Assembly: GCA_029261055.1 (NCBI GenBank)
Contig: JAJDCA010000038.1
Span: 9,619 to 73,618, forward strand
Source: Candidatus Omnitrophota bacterium
GTDB lineage: Bacteria; Omnitrophota; Gorgyraeia; Zapsychrales; Zapsychraceae
DNA length: 64,000 bases
Direction: 5' to 3'
Shown here: positions 31,055 through 41,539 of the stretch, piece by piece
Layout: each line of letters starts with the position of its first letter
How positions within the stretch are numbered: the first letter of the stretch is position 1
Made by a program: the position numbers and the translations under genes
The notes under the pieces: model-generated
The model's database searches: none
Seen by the model: the letters and a program-made list of their open reading frames with translations, nothing else
What the model was told of the DNA's origin: nothing

Positions 31055-31660
31055 ATGAATAGACGAATATTTTTAAATACATTCGGCAAAATTTTGATGG
31101 GCCTTGTTACCACCTTTGCCTTTTTGAAAATATTCTCTCTAAAAATTCTACGTAATCCCGCCCCTCTTCGTTCATCCAAAGAACCTCAAATTCTTCGTCC
31201 ACCTGGCGCCTTAACAGAAAATAAATTTTTATCCAAATGCATCCGCTGCAATAGATGCCAAGAGGCTTGTCAAACTGGAGCAATTCGTCTTGGAACCCCT
31301 GGTGATGGCGCACAAATCGGAACCCCATTTATTCTGGCCCACGATACGGCTTGCGATCTTTGTCTAAAATGCACGACGGCATGCCCAACGGAAGCTCTTA
31401 TCCCTATTGATAAACCAGAAGAAGTCAAAATGGGTATTGCGATAGTTGATGAACGTACTTGTGTTTCTCATAATGGCACAGGTGTGTGTGGCGCCTGTTA
31501 CACAGCCTGTCCGTTTAAAAAACGTGCCATAACACAAGGCGCTCACAATGCCCCAACCATTCATCCCAGCCTTTGTGTTGGATGCGGACTATGTGAAGAA
31601 GCGTGTATTGTTAAAGGAATCAAAGCCATTCGTATTTTCTCCGGGAGGCAAACCACATGA
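31055..31660 (+). CDS. NapG/MauM-family 4Fe-4S protein with Tat-like leader
   Basis: MNRRIFL, LRPPGA, four CxxCxxC clusters. Confidence 0.85.
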   Translation: MNRRIFLNTFGKILMGLVTTFAFLKIFSLKILRNPAPLRSSKEPQILRPPGALTENKFLSKCIRCNRCQEACQTGAIRLGTPGDGAQIGTPFILAHDTACDLCLKCTTACPTEALIPIDKPEEVKMGIAIVDERTCVSHNGTGVCGACYTACPFKKRAITQGAHNAPTIHPSLCVGCGLCEEACIVKGIKAIRIFSGRQTT

Positions 31661-32685
31661 AACCTTCTATCCAATGGCTCCGGCATAGCATCCAACTGCT
31701 TGTTGTTCTATTTATTATCACGATGCCTTTGATTGCTCAGTATGGGGAATACCTTTATCAACGCAAACTAGATCATTTCCTTGACGAATGGCCTTCCTCT
31801 ATTACGAAAAATAGCCTCACCACCATTGAAAACTTTTTTCATGGAACAGACCCGTCGGTTAATCGCCAAGAAGTTCTTACTTCTCTTCAAAATATTCGAG
31901 GCAATACTTGGTCGGCACAAATATTTGGCCTATCCATGACGGATCCTCTGGCTGTTTTAGGCAGTATTTTCTCAAGTAAATCCGTTTCAAAGACTTTACT
32001 CTTTGGTTTGATGATTCCGGTTATTGCAACGATTCTTTTGGGAAGGGTTTTTTGTTCATGGATTTGTCCCATTGGATTTATCCTTGAAATGTCTGAGAAA
32101 TTAAGAAAAATTCTTTCCTTGTTTAAAATCCGACCTAGAAATGTCACTTTTGGACGAGGCAATAAATATATTCTTTTGACAGCAGGACTCATGACCTCTT
32201 TTCTTATCAGCGCCCCCTTATTAAATGAACTGTATCCCCCAGCCCTTATCGGACAAGAGATACAAAACGAAACTCAATTCCTGTTTGAACAAGCCGAAAA
32301 TAATCATTTCGATTTCAATTTAGGAGGATTAACAGGCATATCCTTATTCATCTTTTCTATCATTCTCTTAGAATTAATTATCTCAAAACGACTTTGGTGC
32401 CGATATCTCTGTCCTGGGGGAGCATTGTACAGTTTATTAGGTCGCAAGCGGCTGATACGTGTCCAACGTCATGCCGTGAAATGTACGGATTGTGCCGACT
32501 GCACAAAAGTATGTCCGATGGGGCTTAATCCTATGAAAGATAGCACGGGGATAGAATGCGATAACTGTCTTGCCTGCGTTTCCATTTGCTCAGAAGATGC
32601 GCTTAAAACACATGTATCGCTTAAAAGTACGCCTATAACTCAAAATTTTTCATCTTTGCAGATTGAGCAGCCTCCCAACCAATGA
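31657..32685 (+). CDS. NapH/MauN-family membrane 4Fe-4S protein
   Basis: GRVFCSWICP, WCRYLCPGG, CTDCADCTKVCP, ECDNCLAC. Confidence 0.85.
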   Translation: MKPSIQWLRHSIQLLVVLFIITMPLIAQYGEYLYQRKLDHFLDEWPSSITKNSLTTIENFFHGTDPSVNRQEVLTSLQNIRGNTWSAQIFGLSMTDPLAVLGSIFSSKSVSKTLLFGLMIPVIATILLGRVFCSWICPIGFILEMSEKLRKILSLFKIRPRNVTFGRGNKYILLTAGLMTSFLISAPLLNELYPPALIGQEIQNETQFLFEQAENNHFDFNLGGLTGISLFIFSIILLELIISKRLWCRYLCPGGALYSLLGRKRLIRVQRHAVKCTDCADCTKVCPMGLNPMKDSTGIECDNCLACVSICSEDALKTHVSLKSTPITQNFSSLQIEQPPNQ

Positions 32686-32687
32686 TT
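32654..32687 (+). repeat. 34-bp direct repeat, left copy (ada 3'-end sequence)
   Basis: CTTTGCAGATTGAGCAGCCTCCCAACCAATGATT; 33/34 identical to 41547..41580. Confidence 0.9.
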
Positions 32688-32737
32688 TTGGAGATTGGCT
32701 AAATAATTTGTTCAGCTAATCTCTTAATTAAGCAATC

Positions 32738-35700
32738 TTAAATATGCTTTTTATCTACAAACCACCCGTAAAAAGCTGGCAATGCCAATAAAGTAAGAAA
32801 TGTAGATGTAAAAAGACCTCCTATGACAACAACAGCCAATGGTCTCTGAATTTCTGATCCCGTTCCACTTGAAAACACCAAAGGTAACAAACCAAGACCC
32901 GTAGTCAATGCTGTCATCAACACCGGTCTTAATCGTAACATCGCTCCTTTGATAACAGTTTCATGAATGGAAAAACCTTCTTTCATCATTTCATTGAAAT
33001 AGGTCACCATAACAAGACCATTCTCAATAGCAATCCCGAAAAGCGCTATAAATCCAATAGAGGCCGGAACACTTAGGTTTAAATTAAATAACTTTAAGGA
33101 AATAATTCCACCCACCAAAGACAACGGAATATTAAGTAAAATAAGTAATGCCATCTTGAGTGAGTTGAAGGACATAAATAACAAAAGGAAAATCAAGAGC
33201 AACGTTACTGGAACGACAACTGACAATCGTTTATTTGCCTGTTGTTGCAATTCAAACTGACCTCCCCAGTGAAGAATATAACCGACAGGAAGATCAACTT
33301 GATCCTCTACCTTCTTCTGCGCTTCTTCAACAAATGTACCTATGTCCCGCCCCCTAACATTGCATTGAATTGTTATAAATCGTTGATTGTTTTCTCGACT
33401 AATTTGACGCGGCCCAACAACGGTTTTAATCTCTGCTAATTGATCTAATGGTATTTTTTGCCCACCAGGCGCATCAACGAGGAGATTTTTGATGGCCTTA
33501 ATGTCCCGACGAAACTCTTCCTGAAAACGTGCAAAGATAGCAAATTGCTTTTGTCCTTCATAGACCAAACCAACCTCTTCACCACCGATAGCCACTTTTA
33601 CTAACTCTTGAACTTCCGATACATTAATTCCATAGCGTGCTATTTTTTCTCGATCGATAATTATCTGCACTTGTGGCTGTCCAGTTACTTGATCAACTTG
33701 TAAGTCAGCTACCCCACGCACGCCTTCAATGGCTTCTTTGATTTCATCGGCACTCTTCTTTAAAATTTCTAAATCAGAACCAAAAAGCTTAATAGCCAAC
33801 TGCGCTTTTACGCCAGATACAAGTTCATCAACAGCAACAGCGATTGGTTGACTAAAATTAAGTTGCACCCCAGGCACTTTACCTACCTTCTCACTCATTT
33901 CTTCAACTAATTTCTCTGAGCTTATTCGCCTTTTCCACTCTTTTTCCTCTTTCAGCTCAATAAATATCTCCGAATTGTTTACCGGATCTGCATGAGCACC
34001 GACTTCTCCTCGACCTATGCGTGATATAACATGCTTCACCTCATCAAACTTTAGGAATTCCTTTTCTAAAATATTTACAACATTAACCGATTCTTTTAAT
34101 GAAATGCTCGGCGCCATTGTAGCTCTTACCAGCATATCCCCTTCATTTAACTTAGGGATAAACTCCTTTCCCAAAAAAGGAAACGTTATTAAACCCAACC
34201 CCAAAAGAACGGCAGTAATTATGAGTGGAATTTTTTTATGATCGACACATTGCCTTAAAAGCGGCTCATATACTTTCTTGGCTGTGCTAATAATAAAATT
34301 TTCTTTCTGTATATTCCCATTTAATTTTATAAGAAGAGATGATAACGCCGGAGCTAACGCCAATGAGAAAACCAGAGATCCAACCATGGCAAAGCTGATT
34401 GTATATGCCAATGGCGTGAACATTTTCCCTTCAACGCCTTGCAGAGTAAACAACGGTAAAAAAACAATAATGATTATAGATATCGCAAAGAAAATTGGAC
34501 GACTTACTTCATGACAAGCCGCCTTTATCAAAGCATCTTTTTTCTCTAATTCCGTTTTCTCTTCAATAAAGCGATAGACATTTTCTACAATAACTATGGC
34601 CGCATCGACCATCATCCCAATACCTATAGCAAGTCCTCCAAGACTCATAAGATTTGCCGATATTCCCATATAGCGCATACATATAAATGCCCACAGAATT
34701 GAAAATGGTAATGAAAGAACAACAATTAATGCACTTCTTATGTTGCCCATAAAGAAGAATAATACCAATGTTACTAATACTATTCCTTGAAATAAAGAAC
34801 TCTTTACCGTCGACACACACTTCTCTACTAAATCGGCTTGATCATAATAGGGAATAAGCGTCACCCCTTCTGGCAATATTTTATTTATCTCCCCTATTCT
34901 TGTTTTTACCGAACTAATAACATCTTGTGTGTTTTCACCAAAAAGCTTCAAAATAAAGCCTACGACAATTTCTCCTATGCCATCTCTTGAAGCTGTGCCT
35001 CTGTTGATTTCTGCACCAAACTCAACTTTGGCCACATCTCTTAAAAATATAGGCGTACTTTCCTCTGTCTTAACAACAATGCCCTCTAAATCTTCTTTTG
35101 TTTCAACAAGCCCAACGCTTCTGACTAAAAACTCCTCCTCTCCTTTCTCAAGAAATGATGCGCCAACATTGAGATTGTTTTCCTCAACAGCCTCAACAAT
35201 GTCATGCAAACTTAATCCCCACTTAATCATTCTGTTAGGATCAACTAACACTTGATATTGTTTTACCTCACCACCAATACTTAAAATTTCTGTAACGCCA
35301 GGAAGTGTTTGCAAATTAAATTTAATGATCCAATCTTGTATCGTTCTTAATTCCTTCTGGCCATAATTAGGGCCATCTAAATAATAAAATAAAATCTGAC
35401 CCATTCCTGTTGTGATTGGTCCCATTGCAGGCTCACCCAACCCTTCAGGCAGAGCTTCTTTCGCTTGAGTTAATCTTTCTTGTACTAACTGCCTTGCAAA
35501 ATATATATCCACGCCATCTTCAAAATAAACATTAACTATAGATAATCCAAAATTTGAAACAGAACGTATTTGCTTTAAATCAGGTAACCCATTCATAGAT
35601 ACTTCGACAGGATAAGTAATAAGCTTCTCTACTTCTTCTGGAGCTAAACCTTCTGTTTCTGTAAATACTTGAACAAGTGTTGGAGTAACGTCTGGAAAAG

Positions 35701-35824
35701 CATCAATAGGAAGATTTTTAAAAGAAAATATTCCAAAAACACAAATTAATACCGCTCCAATTATAGCCAATAATTTCTGCTTTAAAGAGAAGTCGACAAT
35801 CTTAGTGGTTATGTCCATCGCCAA
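32738..35824 (-). CDS. czcA: CusA/CzcA heavy-metal efflux RND permease
   Basis: IDAFPDVT, ANLMSLGGLAIGIGMMVDAAIV, RLRPVLMTA. Confidence 0.92.
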   Translation of the reverse strand: MAMDITTKIVDFSLKQKLLAIIGAVLICVFGIFSFKNLPIDAFPDVTPTLVQVFTETEGLAPEEVEKLITYPVEVSMNGLPDLKQIRSVSNFGLSIVNVYFEDGVDIYFARQLVQERLTQAKEALPEGLGEPAMGPITTGMGQILFYYLDGPNYGQKELRTIQDWIIKFNLQTLPGVTEILSIGGEVKQYQVLVDPNRMIKWGLSLHDIVEAVEENNLNVGASFLEKGEEEFLVRSVGLVETKEDLEGIVVKTEESTPIFLRDVAKVEFGAEINRGTASRDGIGEIVVGFILKLFGENTQDVISSVKTRIGEINKILPEGVTLIPYYDQADLVEKCVSTVKSSLFQGIVLVTLVLFFFMGNIRSALIVVLSLPFSILWAFICMRYMGISANLMSLGGLAIGIGMMVDAAIVIVENVYRFIEEKTELEKKDALIKAACHEVSRPIFFAISIIIIVFLPLFTLQGVEGKMFTPLAYTISFAMVGSLVFSLALAPALSSLLIKLNGNIQKENFIISTAKKVYEPLLRQCVDHKKIPLIITAVLLGLGLITFPFLGKEFIPKLNEGDMLVRATMAPSISLKESVNVVNILEKEFLKFDEVKHVISRIGRGEVGAHADPVNNSEIFIELKEEKEWKRRISSEKLVEEMSEKVGKVPGVQLNFSQPIAVAVDELVSGVKAQLAIKLFGSDLEILKKSADEIKEAIEGVRGVADLQVDQVTGQPQVQIIIDREKIARYGINVSEVQELVKVAIGGEEVGLVYEGQKQFAIFARFQEEFRRDIKAIKNLLVDAPGGQKIPLDQLAEIKTVVGPRQISRENNQRFITIQCNVRGRDIGTFVEEAQKKVEDQVDLPVGYILHWGGQFELQQQANKRLSVVVPVTLLLIFLLLFMSFNSLKMALLILLNIPLSLVGGIISLKLFNLNLSVPASIGFIALFGIAIENGLVMVTYFNEMMKEGFSIHETVIKGAMLRLRPVLMTALTTGLGLLPLVFSSGTGSEIQRPLAVVVIGGLFTSTFLTLLALPAFYGWFVDKKHI

Positions 35825-36761
35825 ACGCTCCTTTCTGCATTTCGGATTTTAGAGCAAAGCTTCCTTTGGAAACAATTTGATCCCCCTCATGCAAACCTTG
35901 CTTAATCTCGATAAACTCACCAAACTCACGCCCTACCTTAACTTCTTGAGCCTTGAATTCCTCTCCTTCAGATACAAATACAATATATTCATGATCAATT
36001 TGTTGAATTGCCTTTTGGCTGACAGACAGAACTTTTCCTCCTGTTGTAAAAATCACATTTCCGGTCACAAACATTCCCAAACGAAGTAAATGATCAAAAT
36101 TATCAACTTCCGCTCTAATTTTTATTGTTTGCGTATGTTTATCTATACGAGGAGAAACAAATACTATCTTCCCCTTAAAAACTTTATCAGGATAGGCCGT
36201 TGAATAGACATTGACATCTTGACCCACACTTACAAAGCGTAAATCTTTTTCATAAACATCAAATGATACGCGCAATTTATCTAAATCAGCTAAACTCGAT
36301 AAAGATCGAAGATTATCAATCTTTTCACCCGCCTTAACATGAATAGCAATCACGGTTCCATGATGAGGTGCAGAGATGGCTTCGATTGTTCCATCATCCT
36401 TTGTAATGGATAGGATTGCTTCATTTGAATCAATAATACTCCCTGTTTGAACATATATTTTTTTTACAACACCATCATATTCAGACGTAATATGCGTATA
36501 TTTATCTGTATCCTGAGCAATTTCTCCATAAACTTTAATCTTTTCTGTATACTCCCTTAATTGCGTCTTTTCAAACGTAAGTCCGATGGTTTTTTGCATT
36601 TCATCACCAACATGTAACCCTTTTCCTTCATTACCATGATCATCATGTCCTTCATGCTCCTGATGTTCTTGTGCAGCACTTAATCTTGGCACTACAAATA
36701 CAATGCTTAATGCTATATATAACCATATGAATTGTTTATTCATTTTTATAATCCTTTCCAA
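35802..36761 (-). CDS. czcB: RND periplasmic adaptor with His-rich N-terminus
   Basis: ISAPHHG, LRLGMFV, GLHEGDQIV; operon position. Confidence 0.88.
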   Translation of the reverse strand: MERIIKMNKQFIWLYIALSIVFVVPRLSAAQEHQEHEGHDDHGNEGKGLHVGDEMQKTIGLTFEKTQLREYTEKIKVYGEIAQDTDKYTHITSEYDGVVKKIYVQTGSIIDSNEAILSITKDDGTIEAISAPHHGTVIAIHVKAGEKIDNLRSLSSLADLDKLRVSFDVYEKDLRFVSVGQDVNVYSTAYPDKVFKGKIVFVSPRIDKHTQTIKIRAEVDNFDHLLRLGMFVTGNVIFTTGGKVLSVSQKAIQQIDHEYIVFVSEGEEFKAQEVKVGREFGEFIEIKQGLHEGDQIVSKGSFALKSEMQKGAFGDGHNH

Positions 36762-37983
36762 TAACTTGCTCTAATTCAGCAATTTTTATTGTATATTCTG
36801 ACAATGATGCAAAATAACTTTGTTTTGTTTCCTGGTAAGCCTTTATATTTTCTAAATATGAAAGAAAAGAAACTTCTCCTTCTTCATATCCTAACGTTGT
36901 AAATCTTAAGATTTCATTGGCTTCTTTAATAGCTTCAATAGATATATCATGAATCTTCTTTGCTAAATCAGCCTCGTGGAACACCGTATAAACCTCCAGA
37001 GCTACTTCATTCTTAATTCGCTTAAGCAATTCCTCTGCTTTTTCTTTTTCCAGTTTTGCTTGGCTTATTTCATTACCTTGAAAGTTCCATATTGGAAGTT
37101 CAAAGGCGACACCAACGCCCCCTTTATATATCTCGTCTTCCCTCTCAACAAACAAACTCAATCCATAGCTTGGCAATCTCTCTCTTTTAGCTAGCTTTAA
37201 TTCTTTATTTTTCTTATCAAATTCGTTTGCTTGAATTATGACGTCTGTACTATCATTCAAAGCAATCTTCAACAACTCTTCGTAAGAACTATCTAACTTC
37301 TCAACATGAAAACTATCTATAAGATTATATTCTTTGGTCATTGGTTGACCTAAAAGAAGATTAATCCTACCCTTATTTATGACATGATCCTTCTGTGAGG
37401 ATAAAAGTTGATTCCTTGCATTGATGACTTCTAATTTTGCTCGAGACAATTCATGATTAACTGCATCGCCAGAATCAAACTTGATTTTAATTTTGTCTAA
37501 AAACTTCTGATTTAATTCCAAGTTTTCTTGAGATAATTCGACTGCTTTTTTAGAAAGTAACGTCTGTGTATATTGCTTTTTAATTTGCTTAACTGTTTCT
37601 AACCAAGCCCTTTTTAATTTAGCCTCTTGCTGTTTCAAATCTTCTTCAGCAATTTTCTTCTTCAATCCTTTTTTCCCCCAACCATCAATAGGTTGAGTTA
37701 CTTTTATTTCACTATCTATGTTTCTTGTACTAAAACTCGAATTGCCCTCTAAATCTTTTGCTAAGTTTCCAACTTCAACTTCAAGCTCTGGGTTATCCCA
37801 TTTTCTTGAAATCTTAAATTGAGTTTCAGCTATTTTTATATCCTTGCGCGCCTCAACCACACTCGGATTATTATCATAAGCAATCTTAAGAGCCTCCTTT
37901 AGAGACAGTTTCTCCTGTGCTTGGGCTTGCCCAGATATAATCAAAAACACTATAATTGTAAAAAAATAGATTTCCCTCGTCAT
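36736..37983 (-). CDS. czcC: TolC-family outer membrane factor
   Basis: LSLKEALKIA..NNP, ELPIWN, GYEEGEVSFL; operon position. Confidence 0.85.
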   Translation of the reverse strand: MTREIYFFTIIVFLIISGQAQAQEKLSLKEALKIAYDNNPSVVEARKDIKIAETQFKISRKWDNPELEVEVGNLAKDLEGNSSFSTRNIDSEIKVTQPIDGWGKKGLKKKIAEEDLKQQEAKLKRAWLETVKQIKKQYTQTLLSKKAVELSQENLELNQKFLDKIKIKFDSGDAVNHELSRAKLEVINARNQLLSSQKDHVINKGRINLLLGQPMTKEYNLIDSFHVEKLDSSYEELLKIALNDSTDVIIQANEFDKKNKELKLAKRERLPSYGLSLFVEREDEIYKGGVGVAFELPIWNFQGNEISQAKLEKEKAEELLKRIKNEVALEVYTVFHEADLAKKIHDISIEAIKEANEILRFTTLGYEEGEVSFLSYLENIKAYQETKQSYFASLSEYTIKIAELEQVIGKDYKNE

Positions 37984-38037
37984 AAAATGTCCTTTAGTAA
38001 AAACAGTTTTATTTTAGAATTTAAAGTTTTGGACTAA

Positions 38038-38301
38038 TTATAAAAGGGTGATTGGTGGTCTATACGCTGTTGGTAAGAATGGCTCATTGTAGGAAAATCC
38101 CTGAGCCGAAAAGAATTTCGTCGTTACTTCTGGCAAATCTACAGATTGAGTACTCGTTAAAACAGCGCCATGACATGAAGAATGGCACAGAATGACGCCG
38201 TGATGATGCTCCGTGGTTTCTTGATGATCTTCACAAAACGCATCAAGTGGCATAACTGAAATAACAAGTGCAATGAGAATTATGATTCTTATAATTTTCA
38301 T
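38038..38301 (-). CDS. Small His/Cys-rich periplasmic protein (CzcI-like)
   Basis: Signal peptide, HHH..CHSSCH, C-terminal RPP; upstream of czcC. Confidence 0.6.
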   Translation of the reverse strand: MKIIRIIILIALVISVMPLDAFCEDHQETTEHHHGVILCHSSCHGAVLTSTQSVDLPEVTTKFFSAQGFSYNEPFLPTAYRPPITLL

Positions 38302-38362
38302 ATTACAAAGTCTAACATCGGAAAATTAAAAGTCAATTATTTGAATTTCATTGATTTCTTAA

Positions 38363-38767
38363 TTACGTAATCCATATAATCGGCTGACGATCTCCAGTCG
38401 CAAATTTTAGTACATCGATCACATCTAATATGAGTGACAAACTGTTTAGTATGAGAACGGCTCGAATCCAAATACCTAATGGTTCGCCGACTGAAACAAC
38501 ATCAAGTCTACTGAACAAAAAGGGAAGTAAAAGGATCCACGGCCAATGCATTAATCCCAAAAGACGCGTAAACCCCTGCTTCTTGTAAAGGTAAGCTCCT
38601 GTAAATGCACCGACATTTATTGCGACAAAAGCGGCCACCGCTTCAATATGGTTTAAGAAAAACAACGGTGCCGCCATATTCGCCGCCATTAAGGTTGCCA
38701 GCCAAATCCGCCAACCAACCGGAACTTGAAATATTTTGATCATGAATTCTTTCATTAACTTAAACAT
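38363..38767 (-). CDS. Hypothetical membrane protein
   Basis: Hydrophobic; GFTRLLGLMHWPW, SLILDVIDV. Confidence 0.7.
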   Translation of the reverse strand: MFKLMKEFMIKIFQVPVGWRIWLATLMAANMAAPLFFLNHIEAVAAFVAINVGAFTGAYLYKKQGFTRLLGLMHWPWILLLPFLFSRLDVVSVGEPLGIWIRAVLILNSLSLILDVIDVLKFATGDRQPIIWIT

Positions 38768-38784
38768 TGTCTACCTCCTCAATT

Positions 38785-39219
38785 TTATACAGTCGTAATG
38801 AATTCAATTCTTATTCCGCCCGGCTCAGTTATCATCATGTGCTTTGCAGGCATGCCAGTTAATGGTTCAGGCGCAAACTCAACAATAACACCGTCTGAAC
38901 TATTTAATTTGTCGTGTAATTGATTAAGCTTCTCCTCTCCATCAATAATAAAAGCAAGATGATGAAGCCCGACGTTTGCATGACGGTCGAATTCAACGAT
39001 CGTCTCGCTTTTAACCTGCCAAAGCGCGATCATCATCTTTCCATCAGTAACAAATGCCGCTGGATAATCAGGAACCTCTCCTATTTTGTCAAACTTAAGC
39101 ACTTTTTCAAAAAACCTAAGTGTTGTTGGGAGGTCCTTGACCGTTAATCCAATGTGATGCACCCCTTGTGTTAAATTTTCTGTTTGGTTTTCATTTTGAT
39201 TTTGTGTTTGAGTTGTCAT
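38785..39219 (-). CDS. VOC/glyoxalase family protein
   Basis: GVHHIGLTV, GLHHLAF, EPGGIRIEF. Confidence 0.9.
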   Translation of the reverse strand: MTTQTQNQNENQTENLTQGVHHIGLTVKDLPTTLRFFEKVLKFDKIGEVPDYPAAFVTDGKMMIALWQVKSETIVEFDRHANVGLHHLAFIIDGEEKLNQLHDKLNSSDGVIVEFAPEPLTGMPAKHMMITEPGGIRIEFITTV

Positions 39220-39291
39220 AATTTTTTCTCCTTAAGCGATAAACAAAGTTTATCGCAATAAGGTGTTGCGACGCTTCTACGCAACACCGCG

Positions 39292-39912
39292 CTACTTTCC
39301 CTTTAATTCCCTATTTTCCTCTTTTAATTGATCGATCTGTTCCTTTAAATCATCAATCACCGACCCCATTTCCTCCTCTGTATAACGCGGCTTGATATGT
39401 TGCGGACAATTGATATCAATCATCTTTACATGAAAAACAATGGCCCGCTCAAGCTTGGCTTTATAACTTGAATCATGCAAACTTTCTAAAAGTTCTAGAT
39501 CATCTTCAACAACCTGTGCTTCCCCCCATAATTTTACTCGCCTGCGATTTGGATAATCCATGAGGAAAATATAAGCTTTCTTGTTTTCTTGTAAAGTTCC
39601 AGCCGTGATGTATTGCTTATTTCCAGAATAGTCAGCAAAGGCTAATGTTTCGCGATCCAACATTTTAAGAAAACCTTTTGGACCACCTCTATGTTGGATA
39701 TAAGGTTGTCCATCGGCGCTTGCTGTACCCAAATAAAATGAATCACGCTGAGCAATAAACTCAACCAAGTCATCAGTAACAGCGTTTCTAAAAGCACCTC
39801 GTTCTTCCATCCCGGCGTAACTACCTCGCGAGCCAAACCTTTCCTGCATCTGCTTAACTACGGGTGAAAAAGCTATATCGCTTGTGGGCTTAATCATCAT
39901 TGCCTCCTTCAT
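39292..39912 (-). CDS. Pyridoxamine 5'-phosphate oxidase-like FMN-binding protein
   Basis: GQPYIQHRGGPKGFL, FADYSGNKQY, NCPQHI. Confidence 0.88.
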   Translation of the reverse strand: MKEAMMIKPTSDIAFSPVVKQMQERFGSRGSYAGMEERGAFRNAVTDDLVEFIAQRDSFYLGTASADGQPYIQHRGGPKGFLKMLDRETLAFADYSGNKQYITAGTLQENKKAYIFLMDYPNRRRVKLWGEAQVVEDDLELLESLHDSSYKAKLERAIVFHVKMIDINCPQHIKPRYTEEEMGSVIDDLKEQIDQLKEENRELKGK

Positions 39913-40049
39913 AAATAATTTGGATAGTTAGCTGATCGAACAAGATCGCTAATATCATAATGTCGCTTATCAACTTCCTCTTGCCAATCAATAACCTTGT
40001 CAAGGTTGTCATAATATGCCCCTATTCGATCTACGTATGTTCTTTGCAT
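39909..40049 (-). CDS. Putative 46-aa small protein
   Basis: Hand translation MQRTYVDRIGAYYDNLDKVIDWQEEVDKRH...; strong RBS (AGGTGAGG). Confidence 0.35.
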   Translation of the reverse strand: MQRTYVDRIGAYYDNLDKVIDWQEEVDKRHYDISDLVRSANYPNYL

Positions 40050-40238
40050 TGTCCTCACCTTCCTTTCTTTAATTAAGGCGTGTCGTCAATTTAACGATAC
40101 GCCCTACATTCCAATTTTAATAATTCTTTGTTTATATTCCTCTTTGATCTTTTTGCCTTTCTGACTCTTCTTTGCTTTCCCCATGATAACCCTCCTTATA
40201 TGAACAGACCACTCTGTTCGTTAGTTAGTCAAAAAAAA

Positions 40239-40838
40239 CTATGAATCCTTACACATTAATTTCTCAATTGACTTACGCGCCTCTTCAACAGGCCATGTTT
40301 CACCATAAATCTGGCTGGCCGTTATAGTCCCTTCGATCAACACGTAATAAGCATTCGAAATAAAATCAACATCGATGTGTTTATATTTAGCCTCAGAATT
40401 CCTCAAATCTTTGGTAAGCTCTCGAATGACTGATTTAAAACCATCCTTCGTATAAATGACCTCTTTGCGCACATTGGATTGAATATCCGTGATTTCAGAG
40501 GTTATATTAAGGAATGCACAGCCTCGGAAATTACAATCCGGTAACCAAATACCCAAAAAGTCCAGTGGTGCCATAAATCTACCTAGCGGTGTACCACATT
40601 TGCTGATCTGGTCCTTTAGCAAACCTGAAAAGATATTGTGGCGCTCATGAAGATAGGCAACACAAAGATCCTCCTTGGATTTAAAATGGTCATAAAAACT
40701 CGCCTTTGAAACGCCGGCTTCCTCTATGATCTGATTGATGCCGGTGGCCAAATAGCCTTGGGCATAAAACAATTCGACGGCCATCTCAATGATCCTTTGT
40801 TTTGGTCCTAAGTTTTTTGTTGCTGTTTTCATACTCAA
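40239..40838 (-). CDS. TetR/AcrR regulator
   Basis: GYLATGINQIIEEAGVSKASFYDHFKSKEDL; RGCAFLN. Confidence 0.92.
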   Translation of the reverse strand: MSMKTATKNLGPKQRIIEMAVELFYAQGYLATGINQIIEEAGVSKASFYDHFKSKEDLCVAYLHERHNIFSGLLKDQISKCGTPLGRFMAPLDFLGIWLPDCNFRGCAFLNITSEITDIQSNVRKEVIYTKDGFKSVIRELTKDLRNSEAKYKHIDVDFISNAYYVLIEGTITASQIYGETWPVEEARKSIEKLMCKDS

Positions 40839-40849
40839 AGTATATAACG

Positions 40850-40865
40850 TACAGACTGGTCTGTC
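40850..40865. promoter_or_regulatory. Likely TetR operator (second site at ~40203..40218)
   Basis: Palindrome ACAGACTGGTCTGT; similar AACAGACCACTCTGTT upstream of the adjacent gene cluster. Confidence 0.55.
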
Positions 40866-40912
40866 AAGTGTTTTTTAATAATAGGGGACAGCTATTATTA
40901 TTGGAGAGCATT

Positions 40913-41539
40913 TCATTGCCCCTTCTTCGCAACCGCAAAAAGTCTTGGTGGCTTGGGGAAATAAACATGCGTCTCAATTATTTCAAAACCTTCACGGATC
41001 ATTGCCTCTTCTAATTCTGCTATGGTAAAACATTGAATACGGCCAACCCTCATCACCTTACCCATAACAAAAGCAAGAATAGGCCACAGCTTACTTTTTT
41101 CACTCAGGCAAGCTGTTTTAGAAATAAAAAATCCACCCGGCCTTAATAATTCATTGATTCTCTTCATCACCGCTTGCGTATCTTCCAATAAATGAATAAG
41201 GTTAAAAGCCAGAATCACATCAAAGGATTCCTTCTTTAGCTTTTCATCAAACAATGTGGTTTGCGCAAAATTGATGTTCTGAACTTTTTGTTCTTCAGCC
41301 CTTTCTTTGGCAATGGAAATCATATTTGACGAGATATCGGTTGCTGTCATCTCATCAACACATTCAGCCAGCTTGAATGCCGTTGTTCCTGTCCCGCATC
41401 CGATTTCTAAAACAGCCGATTCCCTCTTTAGAAATTTCTTCGTATCATCAAGGGTTTTTTCATAACCTTCTTCGTCTTTAATTTTCGACTTAGAATATTT
41501 ATTTGCCATCTTATCCCAAAATTTTTCTGATTTATTCAT
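40913..41539 (-). CDS. Class I SAM methyltransferase
   Basis: VLEIGCGTG; start placed at MNKSEK after AAGGAGG. Confidence 0.88.
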   Translation of the reverse strand: MNKSEKFWDKMANKYSKSKIKDEEGYEKTLDDTKKFLKRESAVLEIGCGTGTTAFKLAECVDEMTATDISSNMISIAKERAEEQKVQNINFAQTTLFDEKLKKESFDVILAFNLIHLLEDTQAVMKRINELLRPGGFFISKTACLSEKSKLWPILAFVMGKVMRVGRIQCFTIAELEEAMIREGFEIIETHVYFPKPPRLFAVAKKGQ

